Origin: a virus
DNA length: 64,000 bases
IMG/VR virus record: IMGVR_UViG_3300020578_000043
Span: 14,728 to 78,727 of that record
Reading direction: 5' to 3' (one strand)
Below, one piece after another: positions 9,621 to 17,826 of this stretch (position 1 is the stretch's first letter; the number at the start of each line of letters is the position of its first letter). Both the position numbers and the translations under genes were made by a program. The notes below the pieces were generated by a model, which ran no database searches, was not told where the DNA came from, and saw nothing but the letters and a program-made list of their open reading frames with translations.

Positions 9621-11222
9621 TCATTTGCTGTTGATCAATCCTGTGATCATCGACACGGAGTTTCCATACTCTGAAGTCTTGTTTGAATCCCCACGCGCGG
9701 TGGCATATACCGCTGCAGTGGATGAGAATGATGACATTTGATCCGACGTCTTTGATGAATCATCCAATCCCGAAGCGGGATTGTATCCGACTGCATTCTT
9801 TCCTGACATTTTGTTTGCATAGACGTGACCGAACCATCCGTTCTTGATGTAACCCTTTGGATCCATCACGTATGTCCAATTACAGGCATCAGGAGTCGCA
9901 TCAGGCCATGTCGATCCTTGAAGCGGAGTATGGGGTGTGTCGCCGTATGCAACGAACACCGTACTCTGATCGAGTCGTTCCGTGGGATTCTCAGGATCAA
10001 CCTGTTGAGACAGGTAGTTGTAGAATCCATTCAACACCTTGCCTAAGTGCTTCGTGGTATTTCTACCTTGGTTCATCAAGGTCATAGAATCAAAAGTAAC
10101 GTGTGGATCAGTGAAGGTCGTGTCGCTCGTCGGACCAGGAGATAGAGCTACGATGGCTGTCTTGGACAGACCGAGCGTGAATGCCTTTGCAACGACGATC
10201 AAGGTTCTACCAAATTCTTCAATGCCCTTACGTTGCGCAGGAGTCATGTACGAAGAAGATGAGTTTAGACCGTCAATCATCTCTTGAACTCCAAAATCGA
10301 TTAGATCTTGACTGGTCGGAGTCAACTGAGATGCAAAATTGAGACCGATGATCCTTGCAGCATTCTTTGTGACTTGCATCTGCGGTGCCCACGAAGTTCT
10401 ATTCGATGACTTACGAAGTCCTAGTAACGCCTTGTAATATACCTCAAACAGCTCTTGATCTGCCTTGGATGCTAATGCAAACTGACTTGCGGCGCTGTTG
10501 AACAGATCAATCATTCCTGTTGAACTTGGAACAGTTGCGACCTCAGGAGCACCAGGGGCTCGGCCATATTTCACGGGATCGATACCTAAAACTGGAACTA
10601 TAGCTGATGATCCAACTGCACCTAAAGATGCCAATGCAGCCTGCATTGAAGAATTTCCTGAAAGGGCAACCTGCGAGGCAGGAAATTCCGTATGGGTCTC
10701 ATCCTTACCTGACATGAAAGCAGAGACAGGATACTTTGGAATTCCTGTTGCATGATCAAACCATGGAGCATCTGGACCGTAGAAGAATGACCTATCTCCT
10801 CCTGACCATCCTTTCACGCCGTTAGGAAGCGTTGGCATTACATTTCCCTTGCCCCATGTATAAGTTCCTCTGTATCCGTTAGCCGGATTGTATCCATATT
10901 GTTGTGTGTACAGGTAGGAAGAGAATCCACCGAAGTTAGAAGTCAATCCTGAGACGTTGGCATTTTGACATGCCTTGAAACCAACATCTGCGACAGGCCA
11001 TAACTCTTGAAACCAAGCTTGTGAACCGTTCGGGGCAGGTACGAGCAATGATCGTCCGTATGTCGATCCTGCAGCTTCTGCTAGACCTGTGCCTCCCTCA
11101 TCAGAAAGAAAATTCAGCAAATCTGACCTTGATATTCCCACTGCTGCGGCCATCACACCGCACATCTTTAAAAAGCTTCTTCTGCGGTCGTTGCGTAGGT
11201 CCTTTAGCTTCCAATTGGTCAT
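9621..11222 (-). CDS. Tat-exported DUF1501/DUF1552-like protein
   Basis: Twin-arginine signal RRRSFLKMCGVMAAAVG..AEA; C-terminal DPH...HLGKVLNGFYNYL..RLDQSTVFVAYGDTPHTP pattern of that family. Confidence 0.65.
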   Translation of the reverse strand: MTNWKLKDLRNDRRRSFLKMCGVMAAAVGISRSDLLNFLSDEGGTGLAEAAGSTYGRSLLVPAPNGSQAWFQELWPVADVGFKACQNANVSGLTSNFGGFSSYLYTQQYGYNPANGYRGTYTWGKGNVMPTLPNGVKGWSGGDRSFFYGPDAPWFDHATGIPKYPVSAFMSGKDETHTEFPASQVALSGNSSMQAALASLGAVGSSAIVPVLGIDPVKYGRAPGAPEVATVPSSTGMIDLFNSAASQFALASKADQELFEVYYKALLGLRKSSNRTSWAPQMQVTKNAARIIGLNFASQLTPTSQDLIDFGVQEMIDGLNSSSSYMTPAQRKGIEEFGRTLIVVAKAFTLGLSKTAIVALSPGPTSDTTFTDPHVTFDSMTLMNQGRNTTKHLGKVLNGFYNYLSQQVDPENPTERLDQSTVFVAYGDTPHTPLQGSTWPDATPDACNWTYVMDPKGYIKNGWFGHVYANKMSGKNAVGYNPASGLDDSSKTSDQMSSFSSTAAVYATARGDSNKTSEYGNSVSMITGLINSK

Positions 11223-11234
11223 TTGTTCTCTCCG

Positions 11235-12266
11235 TTATTGACAAGAATGAGCAGCGCTTAACAGCGTTGCGACGGCAATGACTCGTTTCTTTGTTAGATC
11301 AGATGAGTCACCCACCTTCGCCTTTTGAACGATCAAGTTGCATAACAACATGTGATCATCAGTCGCCGGGATACCTATGAGGCAGCTTACTGTCTCTTCG
11401 ACGCATGATCCGTCAGCAGGATCGAACATGGGTCTATTCTTTCCACCCAACGTGCATGCTGGTGCTTTAGAAGGATCACCAATGTTTGCAATGATCTGCG
11501 GAGCGGATTGAATGAACACGTCCATCATTTTCATTGCAGATGCAGTTGAATGCTCTTCTTTTTCTCCAAGACGAGAATCAAGCTTGGGATATCCCAATGC
11601 ATCCTTAGCTGTGAAGTACAAGTAGCCTGCCGTTGACGGTTTAGATACACAATACCCATCGGCTGCATCTGGTGAGTTGTTTCCGACATCGAGGCAACCT
11701 CTGTTGTTCTGATTGAGCTTGTCGTCTTGGTTGCAGAAGCAAGACTCATTTGCTGGGCAAAGCGGATCATTTGTGCCGTTGGCGTCAGTCACAGCCATCT
11801 CGCATGCCGCGCCGCTACCACCGAAGATGCTACCTAACGTCATCGTCTGACCAAAGACGCTGACTTGCGTCGTACGAACATCTGAGACATTTCCAGGAGG
11901 AATGCTGACCCCTCTGCTTCTCAAGAACGTTCCGAGCTGGGCATAAGAGGGTTTACGACATCCATGCAATCTTGACATGATCTCATCAGCAGCAGGAACT
12001 TCAAATTGAGGAAGAGGATCACTCATCCCAGTTCCTGTTGAGACCGTCGCCTGAGGGGTTTCTGAAGATCCTCCCATTCCGCTTGTAGTGGACGACGAAG
12101 TGACTGCTATGACAGTCGAGTCAGTCACATGTTGAGGGTCTTCAACGCTTGGACAGTCATTTGCTCCAACGTCAGGTGCCGTTGATCCGCAAGAATTGAC
12201 CCATAAAAATGTTGCAAATACTCCAAGCAGTGACCATAACAGGTTTTTTGTACGTTTTTTTTGCAT
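11235..12266 (-). CDS. Cys-rich lipoprotein (myxobacterial type)
   Basis: Basic N-terminus, hydrophobic stretch, lipobox WVNS-C; Ser/Thr/Gly linker; many Cys in the mature part. Confidence 0.65.
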   Translation of the reverse strand: MQKKRTKNLLWSLLGVFATFLWVNSCGSTAPDVGANDCPSVEDPQHVTDSTVIAVTSSSTTSGMGGSSETPQATVSTGTGMSDPLPQFEVPAADEIMSRLHGCRKPSYAQLGTFLRSRGVSIPPGNVSDVRTTQVSVFGQTMTLGSIFGGSGAACEMAVTDANGTNDPLCPANESCFCNQDDKLNQNNRGCLDVGNNSPDAADGYCVSKPSTAGYLYFTAKDALGYPKLDSRLGEKEEHSTASAMKMMDVFIQSAPQIIANIGDPSKAPACTLGGKNRPMFDPADGSCVEETVSCLIGIPATDDHMLLCNLIVQKAKVGDSSDLTKKRVIAVATLLSAAHSCQ

Positions 12267-12269
12267 GGC

Positions 12270-13748
12270 TTAGAACCTCGTGAAGTCATCTGAAATCAGG
12301 ACCGTGCGTAGTACCTGTTTTAAGTTATATCCGTTACCCTTAAATTGTGCAACTAGCTTGGACAACGTCACAATCTCAGGATTCGGATCCTTCCTATCAG
12401 GTAGACTCACCCAGGATCGACCACCCACCTCGGTGATGTCAGGTCGTCCCATTGCATAGTTCCACGCTCGTTTCACCGCACATTCGATGACCTCATCGTC
12501 TTTAGACATCCGTTGACCTAACTCTGTAAGGTTTGACGCAGATCCAGACGTCTCAATGCCGTCGACCCTCATCATCTTCTTCCATGCAGTTCCGTTCTGG
12601 CCACCGTTTGGGCATTTTGAAGGTTCGATGCACAACCAATCGGACAACTTTGCTCGAGGTGAACCGTTCACCGGAACGAACACCGAGTATTCCCCTGCTG
12701 GTGTCAACATCTGGAAGATTCCCTTTGAGTCAAATTGGCTGAACAAGGGCGCTCTGTGATTCCACGTTGAGTGACAGTTGGCGCAGACGTTGCTAGAATT
12801 GTAATCATGAAAATCTACCCGACCTCCGTTACACTTACCAGCAATCTCGTTAACGGGCCACTTATTGTTGTACCCAGGAATGGATTTTTGATCTCCGCAC
12901 GGTGGATCAACCGGAGGTTGATCGGTCGGCTCACCGCCTGATTGTTCATTACCGTTTTTGCACAGGAATGTCTCATGAAAGAAACGATTCCTCCTGAAGG
13001 ACAGGTTGCCGTAGTACAGGCTTTGAGCACCAGGATCTGTCAAGATTCCTGAATGATTCATCCCGGCAGGAAGATTGCTACAAGACCCATCAACAAAGGT
13101 GTTGCTTGCAGGATTAAAAGTAGGACATGTATTAGACTGTTGAGTGAGGATGTTACGCCAATCTTTTCCTTCATAGACGACCTTTGCCGCAAATGATGGA
13201 GCAGTGTCACGAGTCGGTTCACCTGCCGTCGTCGATGCACCGCCCATCTTGAACGTATATTTGAAGAACTCGACCAGAGTCGCAGCGAACCGCGGATCGG
13301 CAAGCTTCTTATCGATCAATTCCTCATACTTCGCAGCCTGCACGTCGGGAGGAAGATCACCGAGTTCATAGATCTCTGACAACGTCGGGACATCTCCAAC
13401 TAGAAGAATGCTAGCCGTACGAAGAGCTTCTGAGTAGTCGGTTTCCCTTTCGTCTAGTTCTGTCATCTCTTGCTTCTGTTCTTGACTCGAACCTGTCGAA
13501 ACCGTCGTCGTCGAGGGTGAGGTCGTGACGCCTGACACTGTCTCTGCAGAAGTTGAAGCGACGGTCGTCTGGGATGAGACGTCAGACGTCGAAGGGACAT
13601 GCGGGGTGGGACAATCTTCAAAGACAGCCGACGTGTCGCCGGCCAGCTTGTAAGGATTCTGACGTTCACAACCGTAGATCGACAAGGTACTTGCAAGACC
13701 AACCGAGATCAATCCATGCTTGATGATATCTTTCTTTTCCATAGCCAT
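12270..13748 (-). CDS. Lipoprotein with c-type heme motif (DUF1549/DUF1588/DUF1585-like)
   Basis: Lipobox SIYG-C; ALRTASILLVGDVPT...YEELIDKKLADPRF; SGILT; CANCH at 12771-12785; C-terminal YAMGR...FKGNGYNLKQVLRTVLISDDF. Confidence 0.7.
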   Translation of the reverse strand: MAMEKKDIIKHGLISVGLASTLSIYGCERQNPYKLAGDTSAVFEDCPTPHVPSTSDVSSQTTVASTSAETVSGVTTSPSTTTVSTGSSQEQKQEMTELDERETDYSEALRTASILLVGDVPTLSEIYELGDLPPDVQAAKYEELIDKKLADPRFAATLVEFFKYTFKMGGASTTAGEPTRDTAPSFAAKVVYEGKDWRNILTQQSNTCPTFNPASNTFVDGSCSNLPAGMNHSGILTDPGAQSLYYGNLSFRRNRFFHETFLCKNGNEQSGGEPTDQPPVDPPCGDQKSIPGYNNKWPVNEIAGKCNGGRVDFHDYNSSNVCANCHSTWNHRAPLFSQFDSKGIFQMLTPAGEYSVFVPVNGSPRAKLSDWLCIEPSKCPNGGQNGTAWKKMMRVDGIETSGSASNLTELGQRMSKDDEVIECAVKRAWNYAMGRPDITEVGGRSWVSLPDRKDPNPEIVTLSKLVAQFKGNGYNLKQVLRTVLISDDFTRF

Positions 13749-13884
13749 ATAGACATAGGTACCACAAGAATTAAAAAAGTATAAATCTGATGTAAACCAC
13801 GGCGGATTTTATCCGATTTTTCTAGAAAGATCGTCACGTCATCTTAGCAGAAGATGATGAGCAGTGTCGGCCACATGCGACACA

Positions 13885-14304
13885 TTATTTCTGCGCGCGG
13901 AAGGCGATCGCCTTGACTTCGTCGAGCCACTTCAGAAATAGTTCGCCCGGGCCAACAGGTACATCTGGACCACCAGGTTTACTTTGGACCTTCGGGCTGT
14001 TTCTATTGACGGCAGCTTCTAAAGCCGCGATATAATTTTCTTTATAATTTTTAATCTCATTTTCATCTTTGTTTTCATCTTTGGCCATGGTCTCGATGTC
14101 TTCGAGCGTCTCGTTGATGCTGTTGGTAAGATAATTGGAAAGGTCTTCATCACTCAAGTCGGGTGAGTACATGTCAAAGAAGCTTCGCCATAGTTCATTT
14201 GCGTCTTTATCCAACAATTGATTGATTGGATCGATACGATCTTCACCTTCATTAACAAACCTTCGCCAGCCCTCAAATAGAACTTTCATGTCTGCGTTTT
14301 TCAT
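13885..14304 (-). CDS. Putative internal head protein (acidic)
   Basis: MKVLFEGWRRFVNE N-terminal motif; 139 aa. Confidence 0.5.
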   Translation of the reverse strand: MKNADMKVLFEGWRRFVNEGEDRIDPINQLLDKDANELWRSFFDMYSPDLSDEDLSNYLTNSINETLEDIETMAKDENKDENEIKNYKENYIAALEAAVNRNSPKVQSKPGGPDVPVGPGELFLKWLDEVKAIAFRAQK

Positions 14305-14337
14305 ATTGATTATATATACTCACCCCAGGAGACAACA

Positions 14338-15765
14338 TCACGATAAATCGATGACGTATATGTGTGATCCACATCCATAAATCCTTGAGACTCTCGCCTC
14401 AATTTCAATCTGACGTTCTGACTTACCACCTTTTGCTCTAAACTTGAACCTATCGTAACGAAGTTGGTTATCAGTGTACCAATAATCTATAGTCGTTGAT
14501 CCTAGAAAAGAAAACCCTACAGATTTATATCCGCCCCCTTCTCCCACACGTCTATCGACGTACGTCATGATTCCGCGGTATCCGTTTTTTGCACACCACT
14601 CTTTGGCGCGTTTCACCAGCTTAGACAAGCCTCCAGGAACAGAGGTCGCTATAGCCGTGCTGTACCGAGCAATTTCTAGGTAACCTTCGTACTTCTTACC
14701 GTTCCTCGGAGCACGAAGCGACAGGGCAGCAACGACGATACCGTTCTTATCTCTCAAGCCCCACGTTACCTTGGACGGGACGTATCCTGCGATGTGCGTA
14801 GAATCGAAGAAAGACCTTTGTTCTTGCGTGTTTAATTCGACGACTCTTGTTGACCACGTCTTACACCTGTGACGATCCATGACGAGGCGGTGGCGGATCA
14901 TTGACTCGCATATCGTTCGCTTGTCTCGCCACTCGTCCTCAAAGATCTGCAGCAATTTTATGCCGTTCTTCGCAGCGAGGACGGATTTTTCTAGATGCTT
15001 GTTCTTATCAAAAACCTCTTGTTTAGAACCTTCGCTGTGCCAGTACAACCCATGACACTCTATCCCAAATTTTTTGGAAGGAACATACACGTCGATTTCC
15101 TTCGGAGACATCGCCTTCTTATCACCTGATATCACATCAGGTGCTAGCGATTGGACGAATGTGAACACCTCTAGTTCCCAATTGGACTTGCTGAATGGGT
15201 GGCACTTATAACACCTGCTTCCTCTTTCAAATGCCTGCAGGGTCTTTGGCTGAACTTCTCCACATCGATTACATTGAAACTTAAGGTACTGCTCTTGCCG
15301 AGAGATGTATTCTTCTAACGGAGTAATGAGGATGAACTCAGATTGCCTCTCCAATAATCTTTCTTTTAGCGTAGATGTTTCCAACATCTTACTTAAGCTA
15401 AGTTTTTCTAGGGTCTCTCGTGTATGGCGGCGACCATAGAATGGGTTACCTTCGCCTGTCATTGATTCAGACTGGCGCTTTATCCTCGGATCTGTATCCT
15501 TAGTTTGCCCCTTATTCCAAGCTTCGGCCTTTCCGCCACGGGCTCCGCCTTCTTTCATAGCGAGACGGGAATGGTCTTTGCAGAATCTTTTAAAAGAAAA
15601 AGAAACGTATCTGACGGAGGATGAACACACTTCGCAAACAGGTTTTTTACCTCCGTGGTATACTTCAACAGTGTAATCCTCTGATGACAGACCGTGAATT
15701 GACCTGATGTGGTTTGTCAGTTTCTTTGCATCATCATGTCGAAAGTCACATAGCCTACAGTCCAT
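14338..15765 (-). CDS. Free-standing homing-endonuclease-like protein: Zn finger + NUMOD3 + PD-(D/E)xK nuclease + C-terminal GNAT/Mom-like domain (Hef-like)
   Basis: CRLC..H..H zinc finger; AWNKG and GEGNPFYGRRHTRETLEKLS (NUMOD3); EIDVYVP..FGIECHGLYWHS; IFEDEW; EIARY...GGLSKL...TYVDRR. Confidence 0.75.
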   Translation of the reverse strand: MDCRLCDFRHDDAKKLTNHIRSIHGLSSEDYTVEVYHGGKKPVCEVCSSSVRYVSFSFKRFCKDHSRLAMKEGGARGGKAEAWNKGQTKDTDPRIKRQSESMTGEGNPFYGRRHTRETLEKLSLSKMLETSTLKERLLERQSEFILITPLEEYISRQEQYLKFQCNRCGEVQPKTLQAFERGSRCYKCHPFSKSNWELEVFTFVQSLAPDVISGDKKAMSPKEIDVYVPSKKFGIECHGLYWHSEGSKQEVFDKNKHLEKSVLAAKNGIKLLQIFEDEWRDKRTICESMIRHRLVMDRHRCKTWSTRVVELNTQEQRSFFDSTHIAGYVPSKVTWGLRDKNGIVVAALSLRAPRNGKKYEGYLEIARYSTAIATSVPGGLSKLVKRAKEWCAKNGYRGIMTYVDRRVGEGGGYKSVGFSFLGSTTIDYWYTDNQLRYDRFKFRAKGGKSERQIEIEARVSRIYGCGSHIYVIDLS

Positions 15766-15792
15766 GTCATTACACCCTTATATGGACTATAT

Positions 15793-15821
15793 AGTATACA
15801 GTTGGTTGGATTTTGTTACAA
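15793..15821 (-). promoter_or_regulatory. Sigma70-like promoter of the endonuclease gene
   Basis: TTGTAA-17 nt-TATACT on the minus strand, immediately after the capsid terminator. Confidence 0.6.
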
Positions 15822-15823
15822 AT

Positions 15824-15858
15824 AAAAAAGAAGAAAGGCCACCTTTCGGCGGCCTTTC
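15824..15858 (-). terminator. Rho-independent terminator after major capsid gene
   Basis: GAAAGGCCGCC-GAAA-GGTGGCCTTTC hairpin followed by TTCTTTTTT. Confidence 0.85.
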
Positions 15859-15884
15859 ATATCAAAGATGGTCGTTTCCGACTA

Positions 15885-17780
15885 TCAGATGATGTTCATG
15901 TCGAGACACGTCACTGTTCCGAAGAAATCGCTGCGAACCATTTTCTTACCGTAGCGAGTCATCACACCCTTACGCGGTGTGAAATCTTCCGGTGCGAAGA
16001 TGGTCGGAGTGACGATGAGCGGAACGTACGGGGCGTAGACGTAGCCGGTCTCGAGGTAGCTGCCGCCCTTGTAGCCGACGAGGATCTTGTTTCTGACGAA
16101 GTAAGGATCCTTGTAGACTGTGAAGCGGTTGCTGAGAGAGCCGATTGCCTCTGCTCCGATTGTGAACGGAGACGCGACTTGACCTTCACCGTCGATGGAG
16201 AACTTCGGCTTGTAGAGCACCGAAGACTCGAGGACCGTGGCGACGTCCGGGCCGCAAACGAGGAAGTTTGCAGAGCCGCGGAGTGTCTTGCGGTGGATGG
16301 TGTTGGCGACGTCGATGATCGTCTCGACGAGGGTCTCGTACCACTCACGAACTGTACCTGTGAAGGCCGGTCCGATTGAGAGGGATGAGGCAAGTGTGAC
16401 CGGTGAACCGGTTGTCTTGTTAACGAACCTGCCTGGAGCACGGCTCCAGTAGTAGTTCGCGCCGTTTGCTTGTGTGACGAGGTCATTGAGGATCTCGCGG
16501 TCGATCTCAAGAGCAATCTGCTCAGAGAGGATCGAGGTGAGCTCGACCTCTGCATCCATTGAGTGGTATGCATTGAGGTCTTGTGCGAGTTCCGGTGACC
16601 AACGAGCACGTAGCTTGCGGGTCGCCGCGGTGATCGCGAGAGACTCGATCTTGATGTCGATCTCCGGGATTGCCGGGGACGGTGTTGCACCGAAATCGGA
16701 CTCGAACGACGGTACCGTGAGGGTCGCACCGGTTCCACCTGAATCAGCGCCGAGGGCAACGACTGAATCAGCCTTGGCAAAAGTAACGCGACCTGCACCG
16801 GCTGTCAATCCCGCCGAGCTGAGACCGTTTGCGCCCTTGACGACGAACTGAACGTGTGTGCCGTTCAATGCATCAGGAGTGAAGTATGGAGCAACTGAGT
16901 TGCTGAAGTTTCCACGCTTGTTGAGGCGACGAAGGTTAAGAACGCCGCTTCCTCCTTGATATGTTTGACCCCATGCCGTTGCATTTCCTCCTAAGCCGCT
17001 GAACATTGCGATTTGATCAACTGCGAGAAGATCTGCACCAGACAAAGCACTCGTCGGAACGTAAACGAAGAGAGCATCGAGAGCGTTGTTTGTGAGATCA
17101 GTCTCAACTTGGCTGTCGTAGTCAGCAAAACGACCGTTCGAACCCGAGAACATGCCACCCGAAGAAACGATAAGACCTGATGTCCATGTATCTCCATTGG
17201 TTCCGCCGTAAGCACCAGAATGAACTGTTGCTGCAGAGAAGTCTAGAGCTTGGAGGGAACCGGTAACCTTGGAATAACCTGTTCCGACGAGGTCGTACAT
17301 ACCACCAGCTGCAAGAGATCCGGATTGGACTCCACGACCTGTGGGGTTGTTGTAGATAGAGGTACCACGTGAGTAGGTTGCCTCAGATGACTGACCTGCG
17401 GCCTGACCGACGTTGGTTCCGTAGGTGTAATCAAGATAGAAGATGAGGCCAGAGGGGAGACTCATCGGTTGGATCGAGACGAGCTCATTGGCGACGAGGC
17501 CACCGAACACGCGGCGGACGATTGGGAAGGCGATGTTGCTAAAGCCTTGGATCTGTCCACCGTTGGCAACGTTGCCGCCGCCTGTTGAGAGAGCTGAGCT
17601 CTCCTTCAGGACCTGGGCAGCTTGGTTCTCGAGAAGTTGTGACATCATCTCGCGGCGTTGACCGTCGAGACCACGGAGGAGACCGGTGCGGCTCCACTTC
17701 TCTGTCAAACGAGCACGCTCAGCACCGACGTGGCGTTCACGGATGCCTTGTGCTAACTGATCAATCGTAAAAGTCTTCAT
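15885..17780 (-). CDS. Major capsid protein (T4 gp23 family)
   Basis: LLENQ, VRRVFGGLVANELVSIQPMSLPSGLIFYL, TRKLRARWSPELAQDLNAYHSMDAEVELTSILSEQIALEIDREI, YAPYVPL...FTPRKGVMTRYG; ATG 17780 after AGGAG RBS preferred over track start 17870. Confidence 0.97.
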   Translation of the reverse strand: MKTFTIDQLAQGIRERHVGAERARLTEKWSRTGLLRGLDGQRREMMSQLLENQAAQVLKESSALSTGGGNVANGGQIQGFSNIAFPIVRRVFGGLVANELVSIQPMSLPSGLIFYLDYTYGTNVGQAAGQSSEATYSRGTSIYNNPTGRGVQSGSLAAGGMYDLVGTGYSKVTGSLQALDFSAATVHSGAYGGTNGDTWTSGLIVSSGGMFSGSNGRFADYDSQVETDLTNNALDALFVYVPTSALSGADLLAVDQIAMFSGLGGNATAWGQTYQGGSGVLNLRRLNKRGNFSNSVAPYFTPDALNGTHVQFVVKGANGLSSAGLTAGAGRVTFAKADSVVALGADSGGTGATLTVPSFESDFGATPSPAIPEIDIKIESLAITAATRKLRARWSPELAQDLNAYHSMDAEVELTSILSEQIALEIDREILNDLVTQANGANYYWSRAPGRFVNKTTGSPVTLASSLSIGPAFTGTVREWYETLVETIIDVANTIHRKTLRGSANFLVCGPDVATVLESSVLYKPKFSIDGEGQVASPFTIGAEAIGSLSNRFTVYKDPYFVRNKILVGYKGGSYLETGYVYAPYVPLIVTPTIFAPEDFTPRKGVMTRYGKKMVRSDFFGTVTCLDMNII

Positions 17781-17826
17781 TGTTTTTCTCCTGTTGCGTA
17801 TCAAAAAGTTGTTAGAAAGTTGTTGC

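Noticed and set aside
9621-13748. Cassette as host chromosome, i.e. a prophage boundary
   Set aside because: It is flanked on both sides by phage head/neck genes on the same strand, with no integrase or att-like repeat; misassembly still needs a read-level check
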